64,000 nucleotides of DNA, taken from assembly GCF_963921235.1 (NCBI RefSeq), contig NC_086097.1, positions 178,190,001 through 178,254,000 of the forward strand, given 5' to 3'. Position numbers and translations under genes: made by a program. Origin of the DNA: Mobula hypostoma. Lineage: Eukaryota. The notes beneath the pieces were generated by a model. The model was not told the origin of the DNA. It made no database searches and saw only the letters and a program-made list of their open reading frames with translations. This document shows, piece after piece, positions 1-13,369 of the stretch (its first letter is position 1; every line of letters begins with the position of its first letter).

Positions 1-1318
1 AATAACACATAGAACCGAAAATAACAGTAACATATAGTAAAAGCAGGAATATGATAAATACCCAGCCTATATAAAGTAGAAATACTTTTCCACAATCATT
101 GCCTGAACTGTTCTCCGTAGCGAAAATCTCACGCAAGCGCTTTCTGCAGAAACACAGCACAAGTGCCGTCAGCAAAAAACACGGCACAAGTGCTCTCCAG
201 TAACCTTTAAGCTATGAAGCTGCCAAATCATACCAAATAACACGTAAAAATACACAGCTGATGCAAAGTAGAAATAATATATGTACAGTGTAGTATCACT
301 TACCAGAATCGGGACAGCGCCGAGCACACTGATGGTGTGTTAGACTGAGTTGGAGTTTGGGTGGTGCAGTGGCCCCCACCCTCCGGGCAGCAAACCAATA
401 CCGATCCATGAAGCATGCAGGGGTACAGCGGTAGCTGGGAGGCACCCAGCACATCTTTAAGAAAAAAGCCGAAATAAACAAGCTAATTAATTAGGTGCCG
501 CCCAGCACGTAATTAATTAGCATGTTTATTTCAGCTTTTTTCTTAAAGATGTGCTGTGTGCCTGCCGGCTACCGCTGCATTCTCCACGAATCGGTATTTG
601 TCCGCGGCCTGGGGGTTGGGGTGGTGGGACACTGGGGTGTCATCTCGTCGATCAGGGCAGACAGCTCATCTTCTCCTATCTCTGCCTGCCTCGATATCGA
701 AGGTCGAGGTTCGTCATCTGATGTGGAAGGCTTGAAAAACGACAGTACAGTATGCTTGACTGCTGAGCCTCGCACATTTTTCTATCATACAGTTCTTTGT
801 AAGGACTCAAACCATCTTGCAAATATGCTGTGAACTGACGTACCTTTTCAAAATTAAAGTCGTACTTTATCATTACTCATTCAGTTTCAATTGTAATCCT
901 TTCCTCTTGCAATTGCATCAGCTGTTCATCTATCAGTTCTTGGTCATGGGATGCCAAAACCTCTTCAACATCATCTTCGTCAACTTCCACAAGCCAAACT
1001 CACTTTGTCCTTACTTCGTTCACCACGATCGAAACGCTCAATTATGTCTAGTTTTATGCTAAATGTAACACCGTTATGAGTTCTTTCAGGCCTTTCCAAT
1101 ACCTTAGAACTCATCTTGCTAATGGCTGCTCACGGGCACGTGTTTAGCAATGCTGGCAAGAATGCCGCTCCCGGGGAGAGCGCCTGCTTGGGGCGTGCGC
1201 TGATTTTTTTTTTGCAACAGTGAAAACACCTTCTGTAAGCGAAAACAGGGAACTAATGTAGGTCTTTTGTAACAGAGAGGTTTCGTAAAGCGAACATTTG
1301 AAATGCGGGGGACACCTG
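1..1318 (-). mobile_element. Non-autonomous Tigger/pogo (Tc1-mariner) DNA transposon; left end outside window
   Basis: Terminus CAGGTGTCCCCC (minus strand, ends 1318) flanked by TA. Minus-strand remnants EVDEDDVEEVLASHDQELIDEQLMQLQEER and DFNFEKVRQFTAYLQDGLSPYKELYDRK..QQSSI..SFFKP resemble Tigger transposase C-termini. Confidence 0.75.
426..577. repeat. Long inverted repeat (68-bp arms, 16-nt spacer) inside the Tigger element
   Basis: 426-493 is the near-perfect reverse complement of 510-577; looser pairing extends to about 370-625. Confidence 0.9.
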
Positions 1319-1320
1319 TA

Positions 1321-1605
1321 TAGGGAGTTTAAAACCCCGGTTCCTAAAATGCACTTGTAACCCCGATCTACACCCGTGCTTCCTCCAAGGTGTCCTCCAT
1401 AGGCGCTTCTGACCGCAATCAGTATTGTTTCCATCAGTTTTAAGAAGTGATAGTTCATTTAAACACATTAAGAAATCTTTGTTGACCATACTGACCTTGG
1501 AAGCAGTTGTGCTTTTTAGCAGTATCTGCCCGAAATGAGAATATTTAATCGTAGCCATTGAGAGTACTGCTGCTACTCAAGTTGTGCCTAGGCACCCCGG
1601 AAGTC
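1321..1605 (-). mobile_element. Rex1/Babar-type LINE 5' end fragment
   Basis: Reverse-complement homologue of 3608-3870 (RKHGCRSGLQVHFR vs RKCGCRAGLQVSLR). Confidence 0.65.
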
Positions 1606-2474
1606 AACTATTCGTTGTGAATCTTGACTCAAACTTGTCCCTATATTGTTGTTTCGCAGCCTTGATAGCTTTGCACAAATCATAGCTGCATTACTGTACT
1701 GGATTTTAGAGGAATTGTTGTGGCGGGGCAGGTGGGTAGGAAGATCTTATTGAAATTTACTGTATATTGAAAGGCCTGGACAGAATGGATGTGGAAAGGA
1801 TGTTTCCTATAGTCAGGAGTCTAGGACCAGACGGCACAGCCTCAAAATACATGGTTGGCCCTTTAGAATAGACATGAGGAATTTCCCCACGAGGGGAATC
1901 TGTGAAATTAATTCAACAGACTGTTGTGGAGGCTAAGTTACTGGGTATATTTAAAGCGGATGTTGATTACTAAGGGCCTCAAAGGTTGCAGGGAGATGGT
2001 AGGAGAATGGCGTTGCAAGGGAAAATATATCAGCCTTCATCAAATGGTGGAGCAGACTCGATAGGCCGCAGGACAAATTTTGTTCCTGGGTTATGATTCC
2101 CAGCATCCAAACATTTTTGGATCCCTATTCAGGGTCCACAGCCTGCTGGTTAAGAAATTTATTTTTATTTCCATTCTTTATGCCAACTTACCTTGAGATT
2201 ATGACCCATGTTCTTGAGACCCTAGCCAGGGGTATCATTTACCCCATCAACGCCCTTTAGAACAGAGACAAGGAGGAATTTCTTTAGCCAGCAGGTGGTG
2301 AATCCATGAAATTCATTGCCACAGTTTCTATAACAAGACCACTCATCATTCTAAACAAACGTTGATCCTGACCATTTGAACTCTCCTCACAGGATGAGCT
2401 CCACCCCAGGAATCAGTGAACCTTGACCTCTATTGAGATGAAATTGATTGTATATATTGAAGGCGTACCAGTGA

Positions 2475-2752
2475 ATGGAACACTTTACAGCGCCAGCAAT
2501 TGGGGTTCAATTCTCGCGACTGTAAGGAGTTTGTACGTTCTCCCCATGACTGGTTTTCTCTTGGTGCTCCAGTTTCCCCTCACATTCCAAAGATGCACGG
2601 GTTAGTAAGTTGTGAGCATGCTATGTTGGTGCAAGATGCGTGGCAACACTTTGTAGGCTGCCTCCAGCACATCATTAGCCTGTGTTTGTTATTGACACAA
2701 AACATTTCACTGTATTTTTGACATATATGTGACAAATAAAAGTAATCTTTAT
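2475..2752 (+). mobile_element. V-SINE-like element
   Basis: GGGGTTCAATTCTCG, CTGTAAGGAGTTTGTACGTTCTCCCC..GGTGCTCCAGTTTCC..CCAAAGATG; homologous to 56430-56718. Confidence 0.65.
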
Positions 2753-3607
2753 ATCCTACCTTGGGTGTGTGATCACAGCTAAGCACAGAACTCCAGCAGC
2801 AGTCCCACACAACTTTAACAACTGGAGCAGGACATCTCTAATCTTGTCCTCATGCAATCAAATCCAACATTTTGCTTACAATTCTACTTATCATCTACAA
2901 GGCTCTCGTCAGGAATGTGACGGAATACTTTTCAATTACTTAAATGAGTGCAACTTCAACACTGAAGAAACTCAGCGCTGTATAAGACTTAACAATCTAT
3001 TTAATGGGTTCCCCATCCACGACTATTTACTCACTCCACCACTAGACAATGTGTCCCATCTTCAGGATGCACTGCAGCAACTCACCAAGACAACATAATC
3101 ACAGGGAACATCAGCTGGAAGTTGATTCCAAGCCACACACTATTCTTACTTGGAAATATATCACTGTTCCTTCACTGTCACTGGGTCAAAATCCTAGAAC
3201 TCCCCAATAGCACAGTGACTCAACAACCTTGACATTCAAGAAGACAACTCACCACCACCTTCTCAAGGACAACTAGGGAAGGACAATTAAATGCTGGGTC
3301 AGCTTGGGAACCCAACAGCGCTTGAATAATTTTTTTAAAAATTCCTGATCCTCAAACGTGTTGTCAAAAATGGGCCAGCTCAAAACCTAGGATAATTGAG
3401 AAAAGAACCAAAAGCAGAATCATGGAGGTATGGCTCAGGAAATCCTGTAACCATACCAAAAGGCTTCAAAAGAAATGATCTGTCCTCAGGAGTCCAAGGA
3501 ATTCAAATGCATGTTTTAAGGAGTCATATCACAAAAACAGGCTCTACGACCCAACTCATCCATGGTGACCAAAACTGAGATAGTCCCATTAAGCTGTGTT
3601 TGAAATA

Positions 3608-4068
3608 CTTCCGGAGTGCCTAGGTGCGACTCAAGTAGCAGCAGTACTCTCAATGGTTATAATATTCCCGTTTCAGCCTGATAGAGCTAAAAAGCAGAAC
3701 TGCTTCCAAGGTCAGTACAGTCAACAAAGATGTCTTAATGCGTTTAAACGAACTATCGCTGCATAAAACTGACAGAAACAACATCGATTGTGGTCGGAAG
3801 TCCCCATGTAGGATACCACGGAAGTGCGGGTGCAGAGCGGGGTTACAAGTTAGTTTAAGGAAATGGTATAGTGCCTATACCGACTATCTTGCTGACAAAC
3901 GTGCAGTCTCTGGTGAATAAAATGGATGATCTCAGAGCTAGGGGGCTGAATCAGAGGGACATTAGAACCACAAGTTTCCTTTGTTTCACAGAATGGAACA
4001 CCCCTTCCATACCGGATGCAGAGATTCAGATCGATGGGTTTATTATACACCGTCAGAATAGATCTACA
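3608..4068 (+). mobile_element. Rex1/Babar-type LINE, 5' UTR and APE endonuclease N-terminus
   Basis: PIPTILLTNVQSLVNKMDDLRAR..QRDIR..LCFTE-W.TPSIPD..IQIDGF.IHRQNR, typical of Rex1/Babar APE. Confidence 0.75.
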
Positions 4069-7000
4069 TAAGACCATAAGACAAAGGAGCAGAAGTAGGC
4101 CATTCGGCCCATCGAGTCTGCTCCGCCATTTTATCATGAGCTGATCCATTTTCTCCTATTTAGTCCCACTCCCCTGCCTTCTCACCATAACCTTTGATGC
4201 CCTGGCTACTCAGATACCTATCAATCTCTGCCTTAAATACACCCAATGACTTGGCCTCCACTGCTGCCCGTGGCAACAAATTCCATAGATTCACCACCCT
4301 CTGACTAAAAAAATTTCTTCGCATTTCTGTTCTGAAAGGGCGCCCTTCAATCCTTAAGTCATGCCCTCTCGTACTAGACTCCCCCATCATGGGAAACAAC
4401 TTTGCCACATCCACTCTGTCCATGCCTTTTAACATTCGAAATGTTTCTATAAGGTCTCCCCTCATTCTTCTAAACTCCAAGGAATACAGTCCAAGAGCGG
4501 ACAAACGTTCCTCATATGTTAACCCTCTCATTCCCGGAATCATTCTAGTGAATCTTCTCTGTACCCTCTCCAACGTTGGCACATCCTTTCTTAAATAAGG
4601 AGACCAAAACTGCCCACAGTACTCCAAGTGAGGTCTCACCAGCGCCTTATAGAGCCTCAACATCACATCCCTGCTCCTATACTCTATTCCTCTAGAAATG
4701 ACTGCCAACATTGCATTCGTCTTCTTCACTACTGACTCAATCTGGAGGTTAACTTTAAGGGTATCCTGTACGAGGACTCCCAAGTCCTGTTGCATCTCAG
4801 AACTTTGAATTCTTTCCCCATTTAAATAATAGTCTGCCCATTTATTTTTTTCTGCCAAAGTGCCTAACCATACACTTTCCAACATTGTACTTCATTTGCC
4901 ACTTCTCTGCCCATTCTTCCAATCTATCCAAGTCTCTCTACAGACTCTCCGTTTCCTCAGCACTACCAGCCCCTCCACCTATCTTCGTATCGTCAGCAAA
5001 CTTAGCCACAAAGCCATCTATTCCATAATCTAAATCATTGATGTACAATGTAAAAAGAAGCGTCCCCAACACTGATCCCTGCGGAACACCACTGGTACCG
5101 GCAGCCAACCAGACTAGGATCCTTTTATTCCCACTCTGTTTCTTGCCAATCAGCCAACGCTATATCCACGTATGTAACTTTCCCATAATTCCATGGGCTC
5201 TTATCTTGTTAAGTAGCCTCATGTGTGGCACCTTGTCAAAGGCCTTCTGAAAATCCAAATGTACAACATCCACTGCATCTCCCTTGTCTAGCCTACTGGT
5301 AATTTCCTCAAAAAATTGTAATAGGTTTGTCAGGCAGGATTTTCCTTCAAGGAATTCATGCTGAGTTCTGCCTATCTTGTCATATGCCTCCAGGTACTCT
5401 GTAACCTCATCCTTGACAATCGACTCCAACAACTTCCCAACCACGGATGTCAAGCTAACAGGTCTATAATTTCCTTTTTGCTTCCTTGCCCCCTTCTTAA
5501 ATAGCGGAGTGACATTTGCAATCTTCCAGTCCTCCGGAACCATGCCAGAATCTATCAACTTTTGAAAGATCATTGCTAATGCCTCCGCAATCTCCACAGC
5601 TACTTCCTTCAGAACACGAGGGTGCATTCTATCTGGTCCCAGAGATTTATCTACCTTTAGACTATGCAGCTTCCTGAGTACTTTCTCTGTCATAATTGTG
5701 ACTGCGCACACTTCTCTTCCCTGACACCCTTAAGTGTCTGCTATACTGCTGTCTTCCTCAGTGAAGACTGATGCAAAATACTTGTTCAGTTCCTCTGCCA
5801 TCTCCTCATCTCCCATTACAATTTCTCCAGCATCATTTTCTATCGGTCCTATATCTACTCTCACCTGTCTTTTACTCTTTATATACTTGAAAAAGCTTTT
5901 AGTATCCTCTTTGATATTATCTGCTAGCTTCCTTTCATAGTTCATCTTTTCCCTCTTAATGACCTTCTTAGTTTCCTTTTGAAAGCTTTTAAACACTTCC
6001 CAATCCACTGTCTTCCCACTAATTTTTGCTTCCTTGTATGCCCTCTCTTTTGCTTTAACTTTTCTTGTCAACCACGGTTGTATCCTTTTTCCACTCGAAA
6101 ATTTCTTCTTTTTTGGAATATACCTGTCTTGCACCTTCCTCATTTCTCGCATAAACTCCAGCCACTGCTGCTGTGCCGTCTTTCCCGCCAGAGTCCCTTT
6201 CCAGTCAACTTTGGCCAGTTCCTCTCTCATGCCACCGTAATTTCCTTTATTCCACTGAAATACCGACACATCAGATTTCAGCTTCTCTTTTTCTAATTTC
6301 ACAGTGAACTCAATCATGTTATGATCACTGTCCCGTGAGGGTTCCTTCACCTCAATCTCTCTAATCACCTCCGGTTCATTACACAATACCCAATCTAGTA
6401 CAGCCGATCCCCTAGTGGGCTCAACAACAAGCTGTTCTAAAAAGCCATCTCGCAGACATTCTACAAATTCTCTCTTTTGAGATCCAGTGCCGACCTGATT
6501 TTCCCAATCCACTCACATGTTAAAATCCCCCACAATTATCATAACACTGCCCTTCTGACAAGCCTTTTCTATTTCCAGTTGTAATTTGTAGTCCACATCC
6601 CTGCAGCTGTTTGGAGGCCTATAAATAACTGCCATCAGGGTCCTTTTACCCCTGCTATTTCTTAGCTCAACCCATAAAGATTCTGCACCTTCCGATCCTA
6701 TATCACCTCTTTCTAATGATTTAATATCATTTCTTACCAATAAAGCCACGCCTCCCCCTCTGCCTACTTTCTTATCCTTCCAATACACCGTGTATCCTTG
6801 GACGTTCAGCTCCCAGAGACATGCATCCTTTAGCCAGGTCTCAGTGATGGCCACAATATCATACCTGCCAATCTGTAGCTGTACAACAAGATCATCCACC
6901 TTATTCCTTATGCTGCGTGCATTTAAGTACAACACCTTAAGACCAGTATTTGATACTTTTTGCTTTGATTTCACTGCAACTTTATTGCACTACAACGCAT

Positions 7001-7363
7001 CCTAATGGCTACAAATTTGCCCCATCACCTGCCAGTCTTTCCTGACATCTTTACTGCTCACTATCTTAGATTTATTTCTGTTTTCCCCTTCCTCCGCTCT
7101 GTCATTCCGGTTCCCATCCCCCTGCCAAATTAGTTTAAACCCTCCCTAACAGCTCTATTAAACTTTCCCACCAGGATATTGGTCCCCTTCGGGTTCAGGT
7201 GTAACCTGTCCTTTTTGAACAGGTCATACTTCCCCCAGAAGAGATCCCAATTATCCAAGAATCTGAAGCCCTGCCCCCTACACCAGTCTCTCAGCCACGC
7301 ATTCATCTGCCTGATCCGACTATTCTTGCCCTCGCTAGCACGTGGCACAGGTAGCAATCCCGA
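4069..7363 (-). mobile_element. CR1-clade LINE (5'-truncated, frameshifted): SGNH-esterase ORF1 C-terminus + APE-RT ORF2
   Basis: ORF1 remnant ..FLDNWDLFWGKYDLFKKDRLHLNPKG; APE YLNARSIRNK/ITETWL/YRPPN/GDFN/SDHN; RT NYRPVSLTS, DFQKAFDKV, VPQGSVLG, FADD; 3' (TCTTATGG)n-type tail at 4069-4082. Confidence 0.92.
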
Positions 7364-8627
7364 GCAAACTCCTGCCTCAGCAAGGACCTGGACCCACTGC
7401 AATGTGCCCAGCGCCACAACAGGTCAACTGCAGACGCCATCTCAATGGCTCTCCATATGGCCTTTGACCACCTGGACAACACACACACCTACGTCAGGAT
7501 GCTGTTCATTGACTATAGCTCAGCATTTAATTCCATCATTCCCACAATCCCAATTAAGAAGTTGCAGAACCTGGGCTTCTGTACCTCCCTCTGCGATTGG
7601 ATCCTCGACTTCCTAACCCTTGGTGATAACATATCCTCCTTGTTGACAATCAACACTGGCACACCTCAGGAGTGTGTGCTTAGCCCACTACTCTACTCTC
7701 TATATACACATGACTGTGTGGCTAGGCATAGCTCAAACACCATCTATAAATATGCTGACGATACAACCATTGTAGGTAGAATCTCAGGTGGTGATGAGAG
7801 GGCATACAGGAGTGAGATATGCCAACTAGTGGAGTAGTGCCGCAGCAACAACCTGGCACTCAACACCAGTAAGACGAAAGAGCTGATTGTGGACTTCAGG
7901 AAGGATGAGACAAAAGAACACATACCAATCCTCATAGAGGGATCAGAAGTGGGGAGAGTGAGCAGTTTCAAGTTCCTGGGTGTGAAGGTCTCCGAGGATC
8001 TAACCTGGTCCCAACATATCAATGTAGTTATAAAAAAAGGCAAGACAGCGGTTATACTTTATTAGGAGTTTGAAGAGATTTGGCATGTCAGCAAATACAC
8101 TCAAACACTTCTATAGATGTACCATGGAGAGCATTCTGACAGGCTGCATCACTGTCTGGTATGGAGGGGCTACTGTAACAGACTGAAAGAAGCTGCAGAG
8201 GGTTGTAAATCTAGTCAGCTCCATCTTGGGTACTAGCCTACAAAGCACCCAGGACATCTTCAGGGAGTGGTGTCTCAGAAAGGCAGCGTCCATTATTAAG
8301 GACCTCCAGTACCCAGGGCATGCCCTTTTCTCATTGTTACCATCAGGTAGGATGTACAGAAGCCTGAAGGCACACACTCAGCGATTCAGGAACAGCTTCT
8401 TCCCCTCTGCCATCCAATTCCTAAATGGACATTGAACCACTGGACACTACCTCACATTTTTTTAATATAGTATTTCTGTTTTTTTGTACATTTTTAAAAT
8501 CTATTCAATATATGTGTACTGTACCGATTTATTTATTCCTTTTCTGTATTATGTATTGTATTGAACTGCTGCTTCTAAGTTAACAAATTTCATACCACAT
8601 ACTGGTGATAATAAACCCGATTCTGAT
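7364..8627 (+). mobile_element. Rex1/Babar-type LINE, RT and 3' end (degenerate)
   Basis: [74 protein letters not shown]; tail GTGATAATAAACCCGATTCTGA. Confidence 0.85.
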
Positions 8628-10371
8628 ATCCCTCTAAACATTACCCGTCCGTGAACCTGCCCAAAAGAAGTCCCAATAAAGTTTTCAGCCTGAAACATCG
8701 ACTGATTACTTCCTTCCATAGATGCTCTCTGACCTGCTGAGTTCCTCTAGCATTTTTGTGCATGTTGCTCAAACCATGACAAATGTTAACCATCTGGCAA
8801 GGTGGACAACCCTGCAGCACCAAAGACAGAATGCCAACAGCTCACACACCTTAACATGAAATGCAACCATACTGAGGGAACCGGTGCAGTCAAGACAACA
8901 AGGCTCAGTCGTATTGAAAGACAGGCGGCTGAGGAGCTTGCTCTTGCTCATATTTTCTTCTGTTATATCAGTAATACTGCAAATTTCCATTACAGGAATT
9001 CTGGTGCAGTTTTTCAGAAATAAAAAATGCCTTCAATTTTCCCAAGTTTAATGGCGGACAGGTGCCCAGTTTCTGCTATTAAATTCAAGCATTTCTGCAA
9101 GGTTATGTGGACCCTTCTGACTGTTACACACATAAAACAGTACAGGTTATTCAGCCCATGATGTGCCAGCTTTTAACCCAGATCAATCTAAGCCTTCACT
9201 TCCACATAACACTCAAATCCATGTGCCTATCTTAAGGGTCTCTTAAATGTCTCCAATGTTTGTCTTCACCACCTCTGCTGGCAGTGCACACACCACTCTA
9301 TAAAAACTACTTTTGATACTTGCCCTATACTTTCTTACAATCATCTTAAAATTATGCCCCTTGAATTAGCCCATTTTCACTCTAGCTAAAAGGTGCTGGC
9401 TGTCACTATCAATGCTTTTTATCATAAGACCATTTGGCCCATCAAGTCTGCTCTGCCATTTCATCATGGTGGATCCACTTCGCCTCTCAGCCGCAATCTC
9501 CTGCCTTCTCCCCAAAACTCTTCATGCTCTAATTAAGAATTAATCAACTTCTGTCTTAAGTATACCCAATCACCTGGCTTCCACAACAGCCACTCACTGG
9601 CTAAATAAATTCCTCTCATCTCCATTCCCAAAGGACATCCCTCTACTCTGAGGCTGTGTCCCCTGGTCTCAGACTCCCCCACCATAGGAAACATCCTTTC
9701 CACATCTACTCCATCAAAGCCTTTCAATATTCGACAGGTTTCAATGAGATTATCCCTCATTCTTCTGAATTCCAGTCAGTAGAGGCTCAGAGACATCAAG
9801 CATTCCTGATATGGCAAGCCTTTCAATCCCCAAAATAACTTTCATCTTAGACACCTCTGTCACCTCATTCTCCTTCACTCCAAAGTGAAAAGTCCTACCT
9901 CAGCTTTATCTCATAAGGCATGCTCTCTTTTTTTTTTAAATTTGAGATACAGTACTGCAACAGGCCCTTCCACACCAAAGCCCCACTGCCACCCAATACA
10001 ATGATGTGATCCATTAACTTACTAGGCTGTACATCTTTGGTATGTGGCAGGAAACCGGAGCACCCGAAGGAAATCCATGTGGTCATGGAGAGAACGTACA
10101 AACTCCTTACAAGCAGCAGCGAAACAGATCCCAGGTCACGGGGTGCTTCAATAGTTACATTAACACTATGTTACTGTGTCACTCCCTGGTAAATCTCCTC
10201 CATATCCTAAGTTTCTACATCCTTCCTATAATGAGGTGACCAAATCTGAACACAATACTCCAAGTATAGTCTAACCACGGTTTTATCAAAGCTACATTAG
10301 CTTGTAGCTTTTGAACTCAATGCCCCAACTGAAGGTTACACATCATATGCCCTCTTAACAACCCCATCAAC

Positions 10372-10541
10372 GCACATATGCTGTAGGAACTCAGCAGGCC
10401 AAGGAGTACCTATGGAAGAGTACAGTTGATGTCTCAGCCCAAAACGTCGACTGTACTCTTCCATAGAAGCTGCCTGGCCTGTTGAGTTCCTCCAGAATTT
10501 TGTGTGGTGTTTGGATTTCCAACATCTGCAAATTTTCTCGT
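10372..10541. repeat. Fold-back (inverted) pair of Penelope-like terminal repeat fragments
   Basis: AGGAACTCAGCAGGCC..CTATGGAAGAGTACAGTTGATGT pairs with ACGTCGACTGTACTCTTCCATAG..GGCCTGTTGAGTTCCT; the right arm matches 22689-22760. Confidence 0.8.
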
Positions 10542-10681
10542 TTGCTATCAACATGCACCGCAACTTGGAGGGACCAATGGATGTGCAGCCCAAGAACCTT
10601 CTGCAGTGCTAAGAATCCTGCCATTAACTCTGACTTATGTGAAGAACAAACACTGTCTTGGCAATAATGAATTTCACTCAC

Positions 10682-10801
10682 TTCCAGCAAAGCCTTAATT
10701 GCGAGCTTGATAGTGTCATTGTCTGTTGCCATTGCCTCATCGGTGTAGTTTTTTTCCAGGAACTCTCGGACTGTCTTGGCGCTGCGGCCAATGGCATTTG
10801 C
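10682..10801 (-). CDS. PSMA8: Proteasome alpha4 subunit, coding exon 5 (120 nt); gene continues left (VVQSGGKNIELA exon not found in window)
   Basis: CAG acceptor, GTGAGT donor; [40 protein letters not shown]. Confidence 0.93.
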
Positions 10802-13369
10802 CTGTTTGTACACACAAATTATATCTTAAGACATGCCTTCCCATATGCACAGAATATTCACTGATATCACATTTTCACATCAATAATTATCCTAATTGGT
10901 CAGGGTTCAGTTTCCAAGCAATCCTTTGGATTCCAGGATTAATAATTGTAAGTCACAGCAGAATCTTTGTATACAAACAACAAAAAAACTCTGCAATAAA
11001 TAGATGCTCCGCAAGTTGCAGTATATCATATTCTGGTGGCAGTGGAGCAAGACTAGGAGGTTATGAGGTTTAATTCAGAGAATTCCACATATATTTTCAA
11101 GGGTGATAATGGATGAATGCTGACATTCCAAGTGACAAGCAGAATCCAAAAAGCTCTTCAAAAGCCATCATTTCTTTGCTTGCACTTTTTCAACCAATCC
11201 CCAATAAATTCATGATGCATGAGAACCCAACTGGGCCCAGTATAAAGCAGCCTCTTCTCAGATGCTGAGGGACTGAAATCAGAATAAGGATGTGGAAATT
11301 CAACCCTTCGAGTCCTCTCCTACAATCAAGACGATCATCTAAATTCAGTGCCGTGTTCTAACTTTCTCCCCACATCCTTTCATTGATTAGTTAATTCCAC
11401 TACCTTATTGTGAATACATCACAGGTAGAGTCACGATGCCTTCAGGAGTCCAGTCCGGAGGTTTGAGGCCTAATGTCTGCAAGTCTGGGGCCACAGTCTG
11501 GAAGTCAGATGCCTATCTGGGCTCGGAGGCCCTGCTGTGTGTGTGGGTGGGGGTGGAAAAGAAGCTTGTTTTGCTGTTCTTGGTTGTTATATGTTGGCTG
11601 CACCATGTTCTGCTGAACATTATGGGCATGCCACGTTGGCACCATAATGTGTGGCAACACTTGCAGGCAGCCCCAGCACATCATCAGATCGCATTGGTTG
11701 CTAATGCAAATGACGAATTTTACTGAACATTGAGGTACATGGGATTAATAAATCTAATCAATCCCCCTTCAGCATTCTTGGTCATCCTATTACGTTGCTC
11801 CATGGTCCTGCTTGTCTCTCATCCTTTTTGCTTAATTTTGGGTCTTTCATTCCTGTCCTTGTTTCCTGTTCCTCAGTCTCTTCCCCTCCCCACTCATGCT
11901 ATTCTGGTTGAAATCTGTTCCTCCCCCCACCCATATAGAAACAGAAAATCTGTGGCAAGAGAATCAGAATTAACCTCTCAGGTTGGAACAAAAGATCTAC
12001 AGCCTAAAATTTAAATTGCTTCTACCCACAGACACTGTTTGCTCTACCGAGTGTTTTATCTGTTCTTGCCGTGCAAGTTGATAGGGTGTATAAGGTGGTG
12101 TGTTGCCCTTCATTAATCAGGAGATTAAGTTTACGAGGTATGAGGTAATGTTGCAGCTCTAAAAAACTTCAGTTTGACCACACTTGGCATATTGTATTAA
12201 GTTCTGGTCATCTCACTGTAGACAGGATGTGGAAACCTTTTGAGGGTGCAGAGATTTACCTGGATTCTGTCTTTTGAGGAATGCTTGAGCAAGCTAGAGC
12301 TTTTCTCTATGGGGCAAAGGAGGATGGGAGGTGACTTGATAGAGGTGTTTAAGATGATACAAGACGTCAATTCCCCAGGGCAGAAATGGCTAATGTGAGG
12401 AAATAATTTGAAGGTGATTAGAGAAGTATAGGGGGATATCAGACTTAGTTTTTTTTAAAACTCAGAGAGACGTCAGTACATGGAATACACTGCCAGGTGT
12501 GGTGGTAAAAGCAGATATGTTAGGGATATTTAAGAGATTCTTAGACAGCTCTACATTTTTCTTTTATCCATGTGCCTATGGGGGAGGGAAGAGTTCGATT
12601 CATCTTACAGTAGGTTAAAAGGTTGGCACATCGTGGGCTAAAGGGCTTGTACTGTGCTATACTGTTCTATGTTCTAGATCTGGAGCTGATTGTTATTTTT
12701 CAGAAAGTGAAAGCTGTTAGTGTTCAAAGGGACTTGGGTATGAATTACTGGGTTCACTAACAATGTGGAAGGTAAACTTTGGCCTTTATTACAAGGGTAT
12801 GAACACAAGAAAAATGTCTAGCTCCAACTATACAAAGAGCTGGAGGGGCCTCATCTACAAGTCTGTTCTGCCTAGGGAAGAATAAACTTGCGACAGAGGA
12901 AGTGCAGCAAAGCTTACCAGTGACTCCTGGAACAGAATATTTGTCAAATGACCGGGCCTTTACTCATTAGAGCTGAGAAGAATGAAAAATGCTCATTGAC
13001 ACAAAATTCCTATAAGACTTAATAAGGTAGATGCAACAATGAATCTTCTTGACTGTAGTATAAAGAACAAAGGGACAAAATCTAAGGTATCTATCATTGA
13101 GGACAATTTTTTTTGTTTAATTCTTCAAAAGGTGTAGAGAATATTTTGAATTTTCAACCCAAGAAGGCTAAGGGAGGGGGGCTCATCTGTTGAATATATT
13201 CATGGTTGAGGTCATGAATATATTCGGAATCAAAGAATATAGGATATGGCGGGTAAAGATCTGCAGTGTTGAAAGTGGGAGCAAACAAGGGGCAGAATGC
13301 CCTACTCCAACAGCGATAGTACGTCAGCTCAGAGTCAACATAGTTTTGTCGATCTGATAAACTGTAGTG

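Noticed and set aside
296..833. Two ORFs on opposite strands both starting MFISAFFLKMC
   Set aside because: Artefact of the inverted repeat at 426-577.
1..10681. Search for proteasome exons 6-7 (VVQSGGKNIELA...)
   Set aside because: Not found by eye; most likely left of the window rather than lost. tBLASTn on the adjacent sequence would settle it.
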